DNA of 64,000 bases from Chrysomallon squamiferum (GCA_012295275.1 CM022669.1:11904001-11968000), one strand, 5' to 3'; shown: positions 45,946 through 61,130, counted from the first letter of the stretch. Notes: generated by a model from the sequence alone, not told the origin. Numbers and translations are program-made.

Positions 45946-48900
45946 ATAATAAAAAACAAAACAGTTCACTTAGTTCAGTGGGTATATACACTTTAAAGAA
46001 AATGCAGTATTATTAATCTGTTGAATTTTGTTTTTGTTATTGTCTTTAAATATATATCTATTTGTATTCTGCACTTTCACACAAAGAAAAATATTTGGTC
46101 AATTATCATAAATATTTAATTTAATTATCATCTGATCTTTATTATTTTATTCACGTAAATACAAGTATTTTTGATTTTTGTTTTATTTCTTTATTATTTT
46201 TGTTTCATAATTCAATTTTTATTACATTTAAATGTTCAATTAATTGTTAATAATGTGTTTATTTATTTTTTGAAGTTGTAGGAATATTTATCCTTTCAGC
46301 TTCCATATGGAGTAGAAATAAGTGATGATGCCAGAGACTTAATACTTCGTCTGCTTAAGAGAAATCCAGATGAGAGGATTTCATTTGAAGAATTTTTCCT
46401 CCATCCTTTTGTTGATTTAGACCATGTTCCCTGTAAAGACAGCCTACCAAAAGCAGTAAAAACTAATAACAAAATTTATATATATTAAAAATATTGTAAA
46501 TCAGTTTAGTTGATATTAAGATTATTGTACTAAAGAGTTGGTACAAATAAATCCAAGTTATTATTTTATTCGTTTTTGGTGACCACTGATTAATTACTAA
46601 TATCAAAGTATAAACAATAAAATCTGAAATGACACCAGGTAGTCCCTTTACAACCAAAACCAATTAATTTGTACTGTAAAACAGAGAATACACAATATTA
46701 AATACACATAAAAATACTTATTTAAAGAATGTTGGTAGAATTTTACATAGAAAATATTACTTACTATGCAGTATTTCATTTTCATTCTGATAAAAACATT
46801 TTTGTCTTAATCTTTACATGCAGACTGTGTACATATTTTAGTTATATCTTTTCAGACAAAAATTGTCTCTGAGGCTGTTGAGATGGATGAAAAGGGAGAG
46901 AGAGAAAAGGCCATCAAATTGTACTGCAGTGCTTTGGAATATTTCATGCCTGCCATACACTGTGAGATTCTAAAAGTTTTATTATTGCATTACGAGTCAT
47001 CATATCAACAGCTAGTTTTTCAATTGTCAAAAATTAAATTCAGTGAAATTTAATACAATTATTAATGCTAATAATATTTAATTGTTGAAGAACAGTACAG
47101 GATAACTAGATAAACAGAGCTAAACGGGTCAGTAAGTATTAATAATTATTAATTATTATACAATGTTTTAATCCTTTAAATATTTTTTTGACTTCCAGAT
47201 GAGACAAATCCAGCAAAGAAAAATGCTTTAAGGAGAAAGGTGAGTTTATGCTTGATGTTAAATGTTTTTACATGTCATTATTATTGTTGTTGTTGTTGTC
47301 ATTATTTTAATTATCATCATCATTGTTGTTGTTATTGTTGTTGCTATAGTTATTATTATTATTAGAACCATTTCAAAGACTTATCAAATTAATAAACAGC
47401 AAGAGAAAATATCATACCAGATACCATCATTAATCACATAATTATTAGACTGAAATGAAATGGACTCTAGGTAACAAATTGTTATTATTTTTTAATACTG
47501 TTTGTAATTTTTTAAACTTTATTTTATTTATGATTATTGCTAGTAGTACTCGTGTTTATTAGAAACAGGTAGATTATGCAAAAATGCAAGAAAACTTGAG
47601 GATTAGAAAAAAAATGTTATGGAATATTTTATTTAGGTCAAAGAGTACATGGACCGAGCTGAGTGGCTAAGGAAACAGATGTTACCATGTAAACCAACTA
47701 ACTCTGTCACCAGGTCTTTGTCTGGAAATGCCTATGATGAGTTAGGTGAGCATTATTACTGTTAATCTGTAGGTTAATTAATCTCTATTTATACACACAT
47801 GTATATGTTTTTAATAATTTCATAAATTAAATATAACTGTTTTTGATAAATGCGTTTTAACAGTCCTTAATTGCTCTTATTGATCATTTTGGTCTAGCTA
47901 ATTACACCATTGTTATGGCAGATTAATAATAATTTAACAGCCGCATTTCAGTTTTGTTCTGAGAGTAGGCTTATCTTCAGATTATGTTAATATGTTTAAT
48001 TATTATTTCATTTTATTTTATTTTATTAATTTATTTATTTTTAAATATTTTATATGAATTAAGTAGTTACAAAAATCAGTGACTTAGTGTCTTTATTATT
48101 TAAACTACTAAACCTCAGTTGTAATAATGGCTGTGTTTCTTTTAAAAAAAATTTAAAAGATAAAATTATAATTTGTAGCAAATTCTATAATTTGAGAAAT
48201 ATAAAACAGCACATACCATTTTATTTAACATGTACAAAGAAATGATATTAGAATAACTAGCTAATAAATAATTATGGAAACGACACACATCACCGGCAAA
48301 CATTTTAGCATCAATACACTGACTTTTTAAAAATTGATTTATCAGTGATAAATTTACAATCGTTTATTTGGATTAATTTTGTTAAAATTTTAGTGGAATT
48401 ATGTAAAGACAAAGAAGAACTTCTGGCAGCTCTCAAACTGATCAAAGCAGCAGAATTAGAGGTAATAAATAATTTTCTTGAATTAGTTTATATATGTATT
48501 TAATAATAAACTGTAGTTTTAAAGAAGAACTATAAACAAAAGTTATTTTTCAGAATGTTTGTTATATCAGACCTTTTATTCTATTAATTTTTAAGACATT
48601 TCTTTTCATCAGATAAACTATTAATTGACTAAAATGACATTTTATTATCATTTATTAATTTACCATAAAAATTATCTGCTTGAGAAAAGTGAATATATAA
48701 TTAATGTTACAATTATTGAAAATGCAAATTTATTAATTTTTAATATCTTTATTTCAGGCAGAAAAGGAGGATTATAGTCAAGCATTAAAACATTATGAAT
48801 TAGCTCTTGGAGTTTTTATAAAATTGTTACCAGGTAAAAACTAACATTTATATTTACAAAAATAAATAGGTGGTTTTTATCCCATGGAAAAAGAAAAACA

Positions 48901-49264
48901 AAAGAATAGCTTTATGTACAGTTCTAAAGTAAACTGTCATAACCTGAGAAATATATAATGTTATATTTATGTTTTCAGTATTTGTGTTTTCTGTACAAAA
49001 CCATAAAAGAAGCTTTTCTAAATTTAATTGTTATGAAGTGGCAGATTCAGGATAAGCTAGAAAGATTTTTACAAGTAGGTTCCATTGTTAAATATCCTCT
49101 TTGTTTTCATCTTTTCCTTTTAGAGGAACCAAAAGGAAGAAGAAAAGATCTGTTGAATAGTGAGGTAAGCAATTTAAAAAATTACAAAACAAAATTAATA
49201 ATAATAAAATAGAAAACATAATTTAATATATATTAATATATATGTGTATGTGTGTGTGTGTGTG

Positions 49265-49354
<90 letters not shown>

Positions 49355-50660
49355 AATCAATAAATAATAACAGTAATAAATAAATGAAAAAAGATTTTCT
49401 CCATAAACCCTTATTCTCATGAACAACTGGAACAGTTAAAATTTTTGTATATTTATTTAACACATGTATAATTTATTATCACACCAAAATCTGTTATCAA
49501 TGCAACAGAAAATAAATTAGTTCCACTAAAATCATTTAAATTCTTATTTGAGAAAAGTAACTGATTGTCAATTTAGGCATATATATCTAAAAACAAAGAA
49601 TCCACATGAAAGTAAAATACAAACCTGCTTTAATACCTTCAGGTGATGAAATGGATGGCAAAAGCAGAAAATATTAAATCATATTTATCAGTGCAGGCAC
49701 TAAATAAAAAGGGTACTTCACAAATGGAGGATGACAGTGAGAATGCAGATCTTGGTGAGTGTGAAGTCATCTTGATTATCTGTCACTGGAATCTAAGTCA
49801 CCTGACTTAGTAGTAATAATAATGATTTAATTTTTTATTTGTTTTTTGATTGGATTGGGGGTATTTCTTTTTATTTAATTTTTGAAAGCTTTAGTTTACT
49901 TACATTAATGCAAGTATGTAGATACATAGGTGCACAGACACACACACACACACACCACACATTTACACATACATACATACATATATAGCAATGTCATGAA
50001 CTAACAGAAGAAAATATTAAATAAATGCTAATTATATGGTGAATGTATATTAAACAAGCTAATAAAGAAAGATTATAAAATCATAATACTGAATATAATT
50101 TTCTTATGTACTATTACAACTGGTTATTTTGGTGTTTTTTTGTTTGTTTTTTTGTATAAATGAAACATTACAGACTTTTAAAACAAATTTGCCAATTCAA
50201 ACCTCCCCTCCAGCATTTCTCATCAGGTATAAAATAAACCAGACAGAGAATGTTAAGTCTTAAAGCTGACTTCAGCTGTCTGTTCTGCAGATATATTAAT
50301 GTGCATGAAACAGAAAAATAGCCTCTAGTTGTGTCAGACTTGTACTATACTTGTTCTCAGTACTTGAGTGAAGTGTTCCTATCTGTGACAGCCAATTTCA
50401 GTATATCAAACATAACAGTTAGCCAGTTCACAGCTTTACACCCAAAGGCAATATGATGTAAGAAGAAACAGACAACAATGAAAGACCTCCCACAAACTGG
50501 TTTGATGAAATAACAGTTAAAAGAAGAACAACAAGAGTAATAAATATAAATTATATATAAATATAAATATAATAACAATAATAATTAATTAAAATAATGA
50601 TGATCAAATAATAACTGTGATCCTCATTGTATATAATGATGATAGTTTTACACACAGACA

Positions 50661-50698
<38 letters not shown>

Positions 50699-51751
50699 TC
50701 TTATTATCATTTCATTACCTCAAATTCACAAAAAGGAACAAAATATATTTAATATATTTACTCAGATTTCACTCATTGTCAAGATTTGAACTTTTGATCT
50801 GTAACTTGTTTTTTAAAAGACAGCTTTTGAGAGATTTATTTAAGTAAATTGACTAGATAGCAACAAACAAACAAAACAAAACAAAAAAAACAAATATGCC
50901 AAGACAGTACCCTAGATTCAACACATCTGTGAGATTGTTTGTTTTCACAGTGCATGTAAAACTGTACATACAGTGACATTCTCATACAGATTCAATAAGC
51001 TTTTCAATTACTCTCTTGTAATAGGATCAGGCAACAGTCTGTTGGTGGTAAATCTATTCTTCTCTCTTTTCTTTTTTTTTAAAACTAATTATTTGGCTGG
51101 AGTTTGTGTTTTTATGGGTATGCTAGACAGAATGTTGTGTGGCTTTTTTATCTTTCATTTATTTATTTAAATTCTGACAATTTCCATTTAGACAGCTGAA
51201 TAAATAATAAATGCTTTAATTACTTTTTTAACTTTTTAAAAAAAATATATCATTTTTTATTTTTTATTTTCTATTTATTATTATTTTTTTTTTTTGTTTT
51301 TTTAAATTCTGATATTTTTTATTTATGGAATTGAATAAATAAGATAATGTTCTATTTATTTTTTAACTAAAATTTACTGTATAAGATTGCAAAAATTAAA
51401 TAATGATATCAGTTTTAATAGTAAATGTGTAGTATCTTTTAATTTACATTGTATTACTAATTTAACCACCAAAAAAAAAAAAAAAAGAAAAAAAAAGAAT
51501 TAAATAAAGAAAATAAAAATAACAATAATAAATAAATAAAAACTGAATATAAATGTGTGTGTGTCTGTGTGTTTATAATTTAAAGAATTGTTTTTAATAT
51601 ATTCCATAAAAATAATATTTTTTAATGTCTGTTTTTTTTTTGTTTTTTTTTTTGGATGGGGGTTGTTAGGGTTTTTTTGGTTAATTTTATGATGAACATT
51701 TTAGGGATACAATTTTATTTTTATTTTTCAGGATATTGTTCTGTTCAGTAA
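42649..51751 (+). CDS. ULK3: Ser/Thr kinase ULK3 (kinase plus two MIT domains), about 477 aa
   Basis: Exons 42649-42759, 43658-43798, 44136-44256, 44605-44709, 45310-45453, 45779-45861, 46300-46455, 46856-46961, 47199-47239, 47637-47745, 48394-48461, 48758-48833, 49124-49164, 49643-49754, 51732-51751. Motifs [46 protein letters not shown] repeats, and C-terminal CSVQ. Confidence 0.95.
45027..45274. repeat. Compound pentamer array (ATTTT/AATTT/ATTTC) in ULK3 intron 4
   Basis: Read directly; blocks of variant 5-mers. Confidence 0.95.
49226..49353. repeat. (TG)n/(TA)n compound microsatellite
   Basis: Read directly from the sequence. Confidence 0.95.
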
Positions 51752-52897
51752 AGAAAACAACACACTGCTACTGGTGAAGAGTATTCAAATGTATTATCAC
51801 ATTTTTCTCTTTTAATTTCATAGACACGTAAGACTGAATGTATTCAAGGGGTAAGGACCCATCATGAAATATGTAATATAACATGGTATTTTTTATTTGA
51901 ATAGATAAACGTCCTTCCTTTATATTTATTTCAGATGTTATTGTCACATGTGTAAAATTCTCTTCTTTTTTTTTCACTGTTATTATTATTATTGTTATTA
52001 TTATTAGTAATCGTAGTAGTAGTAGTATTTATTTATTCATTTTAAATCTTTTGATTTTATTATTAGTAGTAGTTTTTTTTTGTTGTTGTTTGTTGTCTGA
52101 AAACACCTGTCATGATTATCAAAAAATGTAAAACTTTTCAGAGTTCTGATAATTTTTATAAATTTTACAAATGTTGTTAGAAATTCTTTACCTTTTTTTT
52201 AAATTATTATTATTTTTTTAAATTAATGTATCTGTGTTAATTTTATAAATACTATGAATAATTCATATTGAAATGTAATTGAAATAATGTTCTTTGTTTT
52301 TGTTTCAATTATAAATCATATTATTTAAAATAACCTCCCCAAAACAAAACATAATTTAATAAAATACTGTATAATTTAATTTTATTGCTTATAAAGTAAT
52401 TTTCCTGCTGATGGAAAAAATATTGCAGAGATCTAACCCAAATGTTATTTACTAATTTATTATTATTATTATTAAGGAAGTTTATAAGTTGTGTATTTTA
52501 GGGAACTTTCACTGGATGTCTAGTCCTTGTATCAATCATATTTATTTCATAATTCATTTTATTACACATTCTATTTATAAACATTATAAATTTTATGTGG
52601 AAGAACTGTATTAATAATTTATAAACCTTCAAATTCAACCATGAACAAATCATTCATCCCAAATGTTTTTGTACATAGCCACAAATACTTATTTTTAATT
52701 CAATCATGTATAAATTATTACACAAATCAGAAACATAATAAATACCAAAGTTCTGTTATATAATTCTATGTTTTGCTATGGGCCCTACAGTTGCTTAATC
52801 TGGCTCTGATTATTACACATTATTGTCATCATCCTCACTTTTCTAATTGTTACATATAATACATGTATATTATTATTACTGGTTTTCTTGTATTTGA

Positions 52898-52928
<31 letters not shown>

Positions 52929-53035
52929 TACTAAGGTTTATTCTCTTAAAAATTTCAACTTCATGACTATTTTCTGAAATTAATACAAAGCACACCTCAG
53001 TGTGAAAGCACACACACACACGCACGCACACACAT

Positions 53036-53072
<37 letters not shown>

Positions 53073-53671
53073 CACACACACACACTCATACACATAATTA
53101 GATATATATTTAAGTTCTTTTGCTCTCTATTTATTTATTTATTTATTAGCTTGTTTATTTGCTTATGTATTTATTTATTATGTAAATTTCATTTGTTTAT
53201 TTTATTAATTCTGTTTATTTATTTTTCTATGAATTTTTAGCAAATAGTCACAGTATTTTGAATTGAGAAAACTGAATTATTATTACTTTTATTATTTTAT
53301 TTTAAAACCCATTAATAAGATTTATCTACTTGCATTTCGTACTTGTTTTAAGAATGAAACTTCAGTACCAAAATGAATAATATATTTTTTACTCTTAATT
53401 ATTTAAATTTTAATATAATTTATAGTTCTCATTTAATTTCTTATTTCTTCCTTCTTGCTAAAATTGCTAAACAAATTATGCTAAAATATCATTAAAATAT
53501 TGTTTAATAAGTATGAATAAGTATTTAATATAATACAATAATTTATAAATGTGTTTCCTGTGTTATTTACAATGAAGCTTTGGCCGAAATTTTTAAAAAA
53601 ATACTAAAATAATTTATATAAATAATATAATATATGTAAACAGTATAATGTAACAAATAATATATAACATA

Positions 53672-53706
<35 letters not shown>

Positions 53707-54281
53707 CATACACATATATATAAACAATTTACTCATTAAACATTTTGCTGTATTACTTCTATTATTAGCAGTACTACTACAATAATAAGATAATAATAAT
53801 AATAATAATCTATGGCTATATCTAACACTATTTCTTTAATTATTAATCATAATCACTCTTGACTACTAACAGACTTTCACCATTACTTGGACATATCACA
53901 AACATTCACTCCGTCTATTAAAAAAAAAATACCTAGCCATCACTCTAATACACACATACATATACTTTCTCTTTCACCCAACATACATACCCACTCGTTC
54001 TCTCTCATGCACACTCTCTTTCACACGCACATGCATGCACCTATTATCTCTCTAATATACACAGATATACATCCATTCCCTTTTGCACGGACATACATAG
54101 GAATACACACACCCCACTCTCTTTACCATTTGCATTCATATCCACTCTCTCTAAAAATAGCGTTCGGAGATATACATCCTTACTCTGTTAGTAATAGCAA
54201 GTAAAATATTAATAGAGAGTTGCACATAGAAGTTTAAATCCTAATTAAAAATAATATCGGACATTTACTAGTATTACAATA

Positions 54282-54378
54282 CAGGCTGAAGATCCCTTGT
54301 CCGAAACTGCCTAATCGAAAACTGGTAGGAAAAACCAGTAGTTATGCATAGAATTATTTTAAGAAATATATAATATAT

Positions 54379-54470
<92 letters not shown>

Positions 54471-54598
54471 AATCCTGCAGAATATTTCTATTTGCTGTAT
54501 ATGAAATATAGATGGAATTCGTATTTAGACTGATCATTATATTACCAAAACCGAAACATTTCCGGTCCCAAGATAAAGGATAAAAGATTCTCAGATTA
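54282..54598. mobile_element. Tc1/mariner (Tigger-like) MITE relic with an internal (AG)n run
   Basis: TA|CAGGCTGAAGATCCCTTGTCCGAAA ... CCGAAACATTTCCGGTCCCAAGATAAAGGATAAAAGATTCTCAGATTA|TA: imperfect TIRs with TA flanks. Resemblance to Tigger4-type ends is from memory. Confidence 0.5.
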
Positions 54599-55144
54599 TA
54601 TTTACTATTGATACATATATTAAATTAATCAGTTTTTTTGTTTTTTGTTGTTGTTGTTTTTTTTTTGTGGTTTTTGTTCATTATTTCACACAAACCCACG
54701 CACGCACGCAACCACACTTCCACAAATTCACATACATACATTACACAACATATACTTTCAACTTCGTTTGTCGTTTTATGTCGTAAGCGTTTCGTGAAAA
54801 TACGGTTGTCGGAGAATTATATTTGAATATTAATTATTATTAAAGAATATAAAATAGTTCATAATTTTCCTATATAATTAAATATTTAACTTAGAGACAA
54901 CTTTCTGGATAAATCTAAATATTCTGCCCGAACCGCAAACTGAATTTGTTGTTAATGACGACAATCAGTTGTCGACGTCTGTATTTATTTATAGAAATGA
55001 TGATGTCAGAAATAGAGTTAATAATGGTTACATACTTAATATTTGCTAATTATTATTCAAATTAAAATATAGTTTTGCGATATTTACTTTACGTAAAAGT
55101 ACGCGGTTTTAATAATGTAATAAAAATAGTTATAATAACAAAAA

Positions 55145-55179
<35 letters not shown>

Positions 55180-55311
55180 AGAACACAGTCCACCAGTTAA
55201 ACCATATTTTTGTAATAATTAATTTTCTATAAGTGCCCTGAAGGTAGACAGACGCCAAAATATTTATTATTATTTTTAAAATGTATTTATTTATTTATTT
55301 ATTTTTATTAT

Positions 55312-55314
<3 letters not shown>

Positions 55315-55383
<69 letters not shown>
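55315..55383. repeat. (CT)n microsatellite (another lies at 57432-57493)
   Basis: Read directly from the sequence. Confidence 0.95.
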
Positions 55384-55387
<4 letters not shown>

Positions 55388-55536
55388 GTTTAGGTTTGAA
55401 GCAAAAATGAATTATACATTTGATCAGGCAGCCACATTAGGGAAACATCTCTGATACAGAAATATATTTGTTATGAATTTGACAACCGCAAAGTTTGCGA
55501 GTTATCACAAACTAAATCTAGTCAAAACATTTTTTA

Positions 55537-55583
<47 letters not shown>

Positions 55584-57429
55584 TTATTTATTTATTTATT
55601 TATTTAATGTGCCTGCTTCCCTTAACAGAAACGTATAAAAGTTTAATACGTTGGTAATCTTTATTCTGTATAATATAATATACACTAATGATACAAAGTT
55701 ATAATAGTTTGGTTTGTTTTCATAATAGGTTTATATTTATAAATATTATTTGTGACATTTATATACCTTACTTTCAAAACGTACAAAACATATTCGGAAA
55801 AAATTAAATCAATTCACACAAATATACGAAATTCAAACTGTTAACTGCCTTTTGTTTTGAGCGGAAACGAAGGGAGGTAACTCCTTTAACACTATTTCAT
55901 TTCAGTAACGATAAAAATTTAATTGGCAACAATAAGTCGATTTGAGCAATATGTAAACGTCACGGATTTCATTCTCACTGTCTAGATGATTGTTCTGAAA
56001 ATAATGTGATCTGGGGTTTGAACAGGGTGTTGCCGAATACCTGAGTATATCATTACAAGAATGAGATAATTTCATTTGTAGTCAGTCCAGTCTAGTTTTG
56101 TGGAATGTTTTACTGATCTTTCCACTGACGATCATCTGCTACTCATTATTTCCAAACATTTATTTGTATTTAAAAATGCATAAGAATACTTGTAACAATC
56201 CATATAGAGGCAGCCTATTTTAAACACATTGTTATTATTTCCAAATTAGTCGACGTTGGTTATTCTTCCTTCAACCTAAGCTCTATCGATCAAATTTCAG
56301 ATAATTTTTTTTATTTTTTTATTTTTTTTTTAGTAAAACTGAAATATGACTTGCATTGGTTTAAATGGATATTAATGATACATTGTGGTCCATTCTGGGT
56401 AGAAGATGTGCAATGGACTTACTCCTCCCCGATTTGATCTCAGTACCTCACAAATGGTCACAACATGACAATTAAACCCCCGAAATTAGTTAGTTAAATG
56501 ATCGCAAAGAATCAAAGTGATACGTATCTGTTTGTACCTACAGGCACTGCTAAATTTACGAGACCTTATATAAAGGATATCAGATATCACATAAGAGTGT
56601 ATTTAAATACTGAGAAAATAACTGGCATTCAGATTGCCTTCAAATGACTAGTTTGTAACTAGATAGAGGAATGAAAGAGAATAAAAATCACGAAACTTCA
56701 CCTAAATAAGAACATAAAATATTACGTTGGTATTTCATTAGGCGATGCACAACATAAGGCATGGTTTTTTTTTTTACCCACTGTGTTTGAAAATGCAGGT
56801 ATGGATTACAGATAAATACAGAGAATTTCAGCTTTTGACTTGTTGAAAGGATAGTATAACATCTCGATGTAAACGGGGCATAATGCAAGTATACAACGTG
56901 TTATATAACAAGTTATTTATAGTCTTATTAAACAGCGGGTCAGTGTGATATTAAAACATAATTTAACTGCAAAGGTGCGACATAAAATATGTTTCAAAAA
57001 AAGAAAGAAAGAAAGAAACGACGTACACAAAAGGTCTAAAATGACACGCCCTTCTTTTTTTTCTTCTTTATTTCTTTCCTCATTATATATTTTTTTTTTT
57101 ATATATATATATTTTAACTTGGCTCTTAAGTTAATCTTCTTTATTCGTTTAATAATTTATTAATATTAGTAAACATGTTAGAAAGAGGTGACAACTAATG
57201 TACGTTAACAGGGTAGTCTATTGAATATACAACTTAGAGATTCAATCTAAAATATGCGAATCCAATGTGAAAACATGGGTTATAAATTATGAAGTGAATT
57301 AATTAACTGATGCGTTTTAAAACCATTTAAATATGAATGTGAAACCAATGATAAACGAATAAATAATTGTGTATAGCAAGGATAATGAAAACTAAATTAT
57401 CATTATCATTATTATTATAATTTTATTAT

Positions 57430-57496
<67 letters not shown>

Positions 57497-58275
57497 CGTA
57501 TTAATTAGATAAATTTGATGGAATAGGCTATTCAGTGTCACAAATATGATATATCATTAAAATAATAAACCTCTTATATTTCTCTATTCGTAAACGTTTT
57601 CGTGATCATTGACAGTGAAAGAGAAGACGTAGATTAGATTTGGGAATTCTTTTTGGAACCGCCCGACAGTGTGATCAAACGAATATCCTAAAATCAATTA
57701 ACATTTTATTGAGAAGATACAGAAAATGTGAGAGCGAGGGTACGAGTGAAAACTCTCAGAAAACATCAAAATATTAACTAAAGAGATTAAATTTTTTACA
57801 TCATGCATAGAGGCAGATTAATATTATTAAAAGAATTATTTTATCCAGGTACAGGTAAATATTAATTTACCATTATAGATAATTAAGTATTTTATGATCA
57901 CGAAGAGAAAATAATAATAAAACAAAATGTATTAATAAATAAATAATAACAATAACAATAATAATATTAATACTAAATAATAATAATAATAATAATGATA
58001 TATACACTGAGGACTTACAGACTGAGAGTGTTATATAGTTAGAAAGTTAAATATCTTGATACAGTTATCGGACTTCGATAACATACACAAAGCTGTAACA
58101 TACAAATCTATACATTTATGCTGGATTCATTTTACAGCCGATGCGGTTTATACCCCACACAGGAAAAATATATTTATAGAATTTTTTTTTTTTTTTTTTT
58201 TACCTGAACAACTTTGTGTCAAACCTTGATTAGGTCCCTTCTCACAATGAAATATGTTGGTAAGTGCACTGATCG

Positions 58276-58319
<44 letters not shown>

Positions 58320-58513
58320 CAGTCGCATTCTGCAGAGCCGTTTATTGAAAATGAAGTCAATTTGGCTGTTTTGAAAGGTGTTAATAAAAGCATTTCGCTG
58401 CTGCCTGCCAACATGCACGCTTTCGCTGCATCTCATAATTCAAAGTCAAATCGCATGGCTGAATCTGTATGTGTGCAGTTAGCGTATTTTAGACAACCCT
58501 TCCCCCTCCCTTC

Positions 58514-58547
<34 letters not shown>

Positions 58548-60582
58548 TAATGAATAAATTATGGACGCAGTCTTTTAAAATATTCTTTTTACATGTATTT
58601 TATGGTGATGTACATTGTAAAGGGTAAATATTTTATAAAATTTCATTAGTTACATTGCAGATTTGTATATTCCTTTTTTTAATAAAAAATCCACTCAACT
58701 ATGTATAGATGTATAAGAGAGCTGCATGTATCTGGTATGATGCATGATAAACCGCAAAGCAGAGCCAAGTCAATATCCTTTCAAGAAGTTTCTATTCTGA
58801 ACTGAACAGCTTGTGCGCATATTCATCTATTTATCTATCTATCTATCTATCTATCTAGATGTATATGCTCACTCACATACACACACAGAGACACAGTTGT
58901 GCACTGCACAGTATAGTGTGTGGGGTTTTAAATGCTATATAATACACTGAATCTCAGCGGTACTGGGATTACATTAATTTGAATTTTAGCATTTTGACAG
59001 TGAATTATAAACAGCCGCTTCTATTATACTTCTCTCTTTTTTTTTTTTTTTTCTTTCAATTTTAAGAACGTTATTGTACTTTCTTTCTATTCCTTACTTT
59101 TTCTTTCTTTCACTTTAAAAAAAAAAAAAAAAATCTAATTTAACACAGGTCAAACTACAACGTGAATAGTCTAAAATTACTTTCTGAATCATGATTTGTG
59201 CTAATATAATCCATGAATATTTTAATACGTTCCTCGTGTTGCATTTCATGTCATGATGTGTGTTTTTTTTTGTTGTTGTTTTATTTTTTATTTTTTTTTG
59301 TTAATACTCCTAGCAACACGCCGTAACTGCCAACCTTCGAGGTTACTGCGTATCATGTCAGTGTTTATTTTCAGCCAAAATAAGCTATTAGGAACAGATG
59401 TCTTTGGTTCCATTTATAAACTTTGTAACAAATTTTCATCTAAGCGATTTCTCTTTACAGCGGTGCATGAGCGAGATTTCAAAAATATACCTTATTGCAA
59501 CAAACGAAGAAGAAAATTAAATCCCGTGAATGCAGTTATTATTGCGGCCCACAGTCGTACAGAGTTAGCTAGTTTAAGCTCCGATGTAATGGTAACAGTA
59601 TTGTTTTCGGTTGGAGTTTAATTAAGGAAGCTGTTTTCCGACAAATGTACTGCAAAATGAATCAAGGATTTCAGATAATAATAATAATAATAATATAATA
59701 ATAATAATAATAATAATAATGAAGCAAGTTCTATCAGAATAAAACTGATAATCAACCCGAGTCTGCCTGCCCCTGGATGAGCACGTGCATTGTGAAAAAA
59801 AAAGTAATAATAATAATAATAATAATAAATTTAAAAATATATATATATATCCACAAAAAAAAAAAAAAAAAAAAAAAAAAATAAGGAAAACAAAAACTGA
59901 AGAGTACATCCTAACATTTAAAAATAATAATAGTAACAGTAGTAGCAGTAGCAGTAGCGGTTATTGTAATAGTAGTAGTAGTATCAGCAGCGTCAGTAGT
60001 AGTAGTAGTAGTAGTACTTGTGGTAGAACTGTAGTTGTCGTGTTTTTTTTTTTTTTTTTTTAGTGTTAGTAATAAAACTATTACTATTATTCTTGCTTAC
60101 CGGTATTAAAGTGCCCGTATGACCTGAAATCTGAACAGTAAAGTTAAAGAGCTCAGTCGAAAAACAGATAAAAAAAGAATATTACAAGCAATAAAAGTTT
60201 TAAAGTGCTCAGAATGACAGACTGAAGTATATCTTCTCGGGAAAACGGAGTGTAAAAATTCTCGTCTCGTTAAATATGTACACGTGTGCCAGAATATTTG
60301 TGGCTAGTTTAACAGTCTTCGTATGAGCGGAGGTTTCAACGAGGAAATGCTTCGTCCAAAACTGACATTGAAGAATTCGAAATGGCAAAATAATGGTACG
60401 TTTTTTGACAACACAAATATTTCTAAGCTGATATTAAACGTGTTCGGGTGAATCAGAAATAACGAATAAATATGAAATATTCTAGATAAAGACATAGTGA
60501 CATAATCTAATAGATATCGCCTTTATGTTTTGATTTTATTTTATTTTATTTTTTTAATTAAATTTTTGATTAAGTTTTTATT

Positions 60583-60614
<32 letters not shown>

Positions 60615-61084
60615 TTATTGTTATTATTATTGTCGTTGTTTTATTTATCTTTTTTTGTTTTTGTTTTTTGTTTTATTTTGTTAGTTTGTTTGTCGTTTAA
60701 AGCGAAACACCATGTAATTTCAGTTATGGCGACGATAATTTATATCCTTCCTGACTAACACAATACGTAATCACAGCGTAACGCAACGTTATGGTTTGAT
60801 CGTCCTTTGATTATAAAGAAGACAGTTACGTCAAAATAACGTAATATTTACGTAATTACGTTTATCTCTCTTTTATTAGTAATTTCTTCTTTGTTTTGTT
60901 TTGTGTCATTATTTCATTGTTATCATTTATCATTTATTTATTTATTTATTTATGAAGCCAAATACGTATAGGGACTGTGTGAAGTGTATAATGATTGCAA
61001 CAAACAAATAAACAAACAAATCCCCCCAAGAATGAAAATAATTTATTTTCGTATAAATTTCTATCAAAATACATTACTAGACAA

Positions 61085-61130
<46 letters not shown>

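Noticed and set aside
50174-50226. Possible ULK3 cassette exon or 13-nt microexon ending CAG|GTAT
   Set aside because: Either version introduces a stop or a frameshift; no further support.
52780-52808. GGGCCC...CTTAATCTGGCTCTG, resembling one end of a MITE
   Set aside because: No partner terminus or TSD found.
53887-54204. 105-aa His/Thr/Ser-rich ORF
   Set aside because: Decayed CA/CT simple-repeat sequence.
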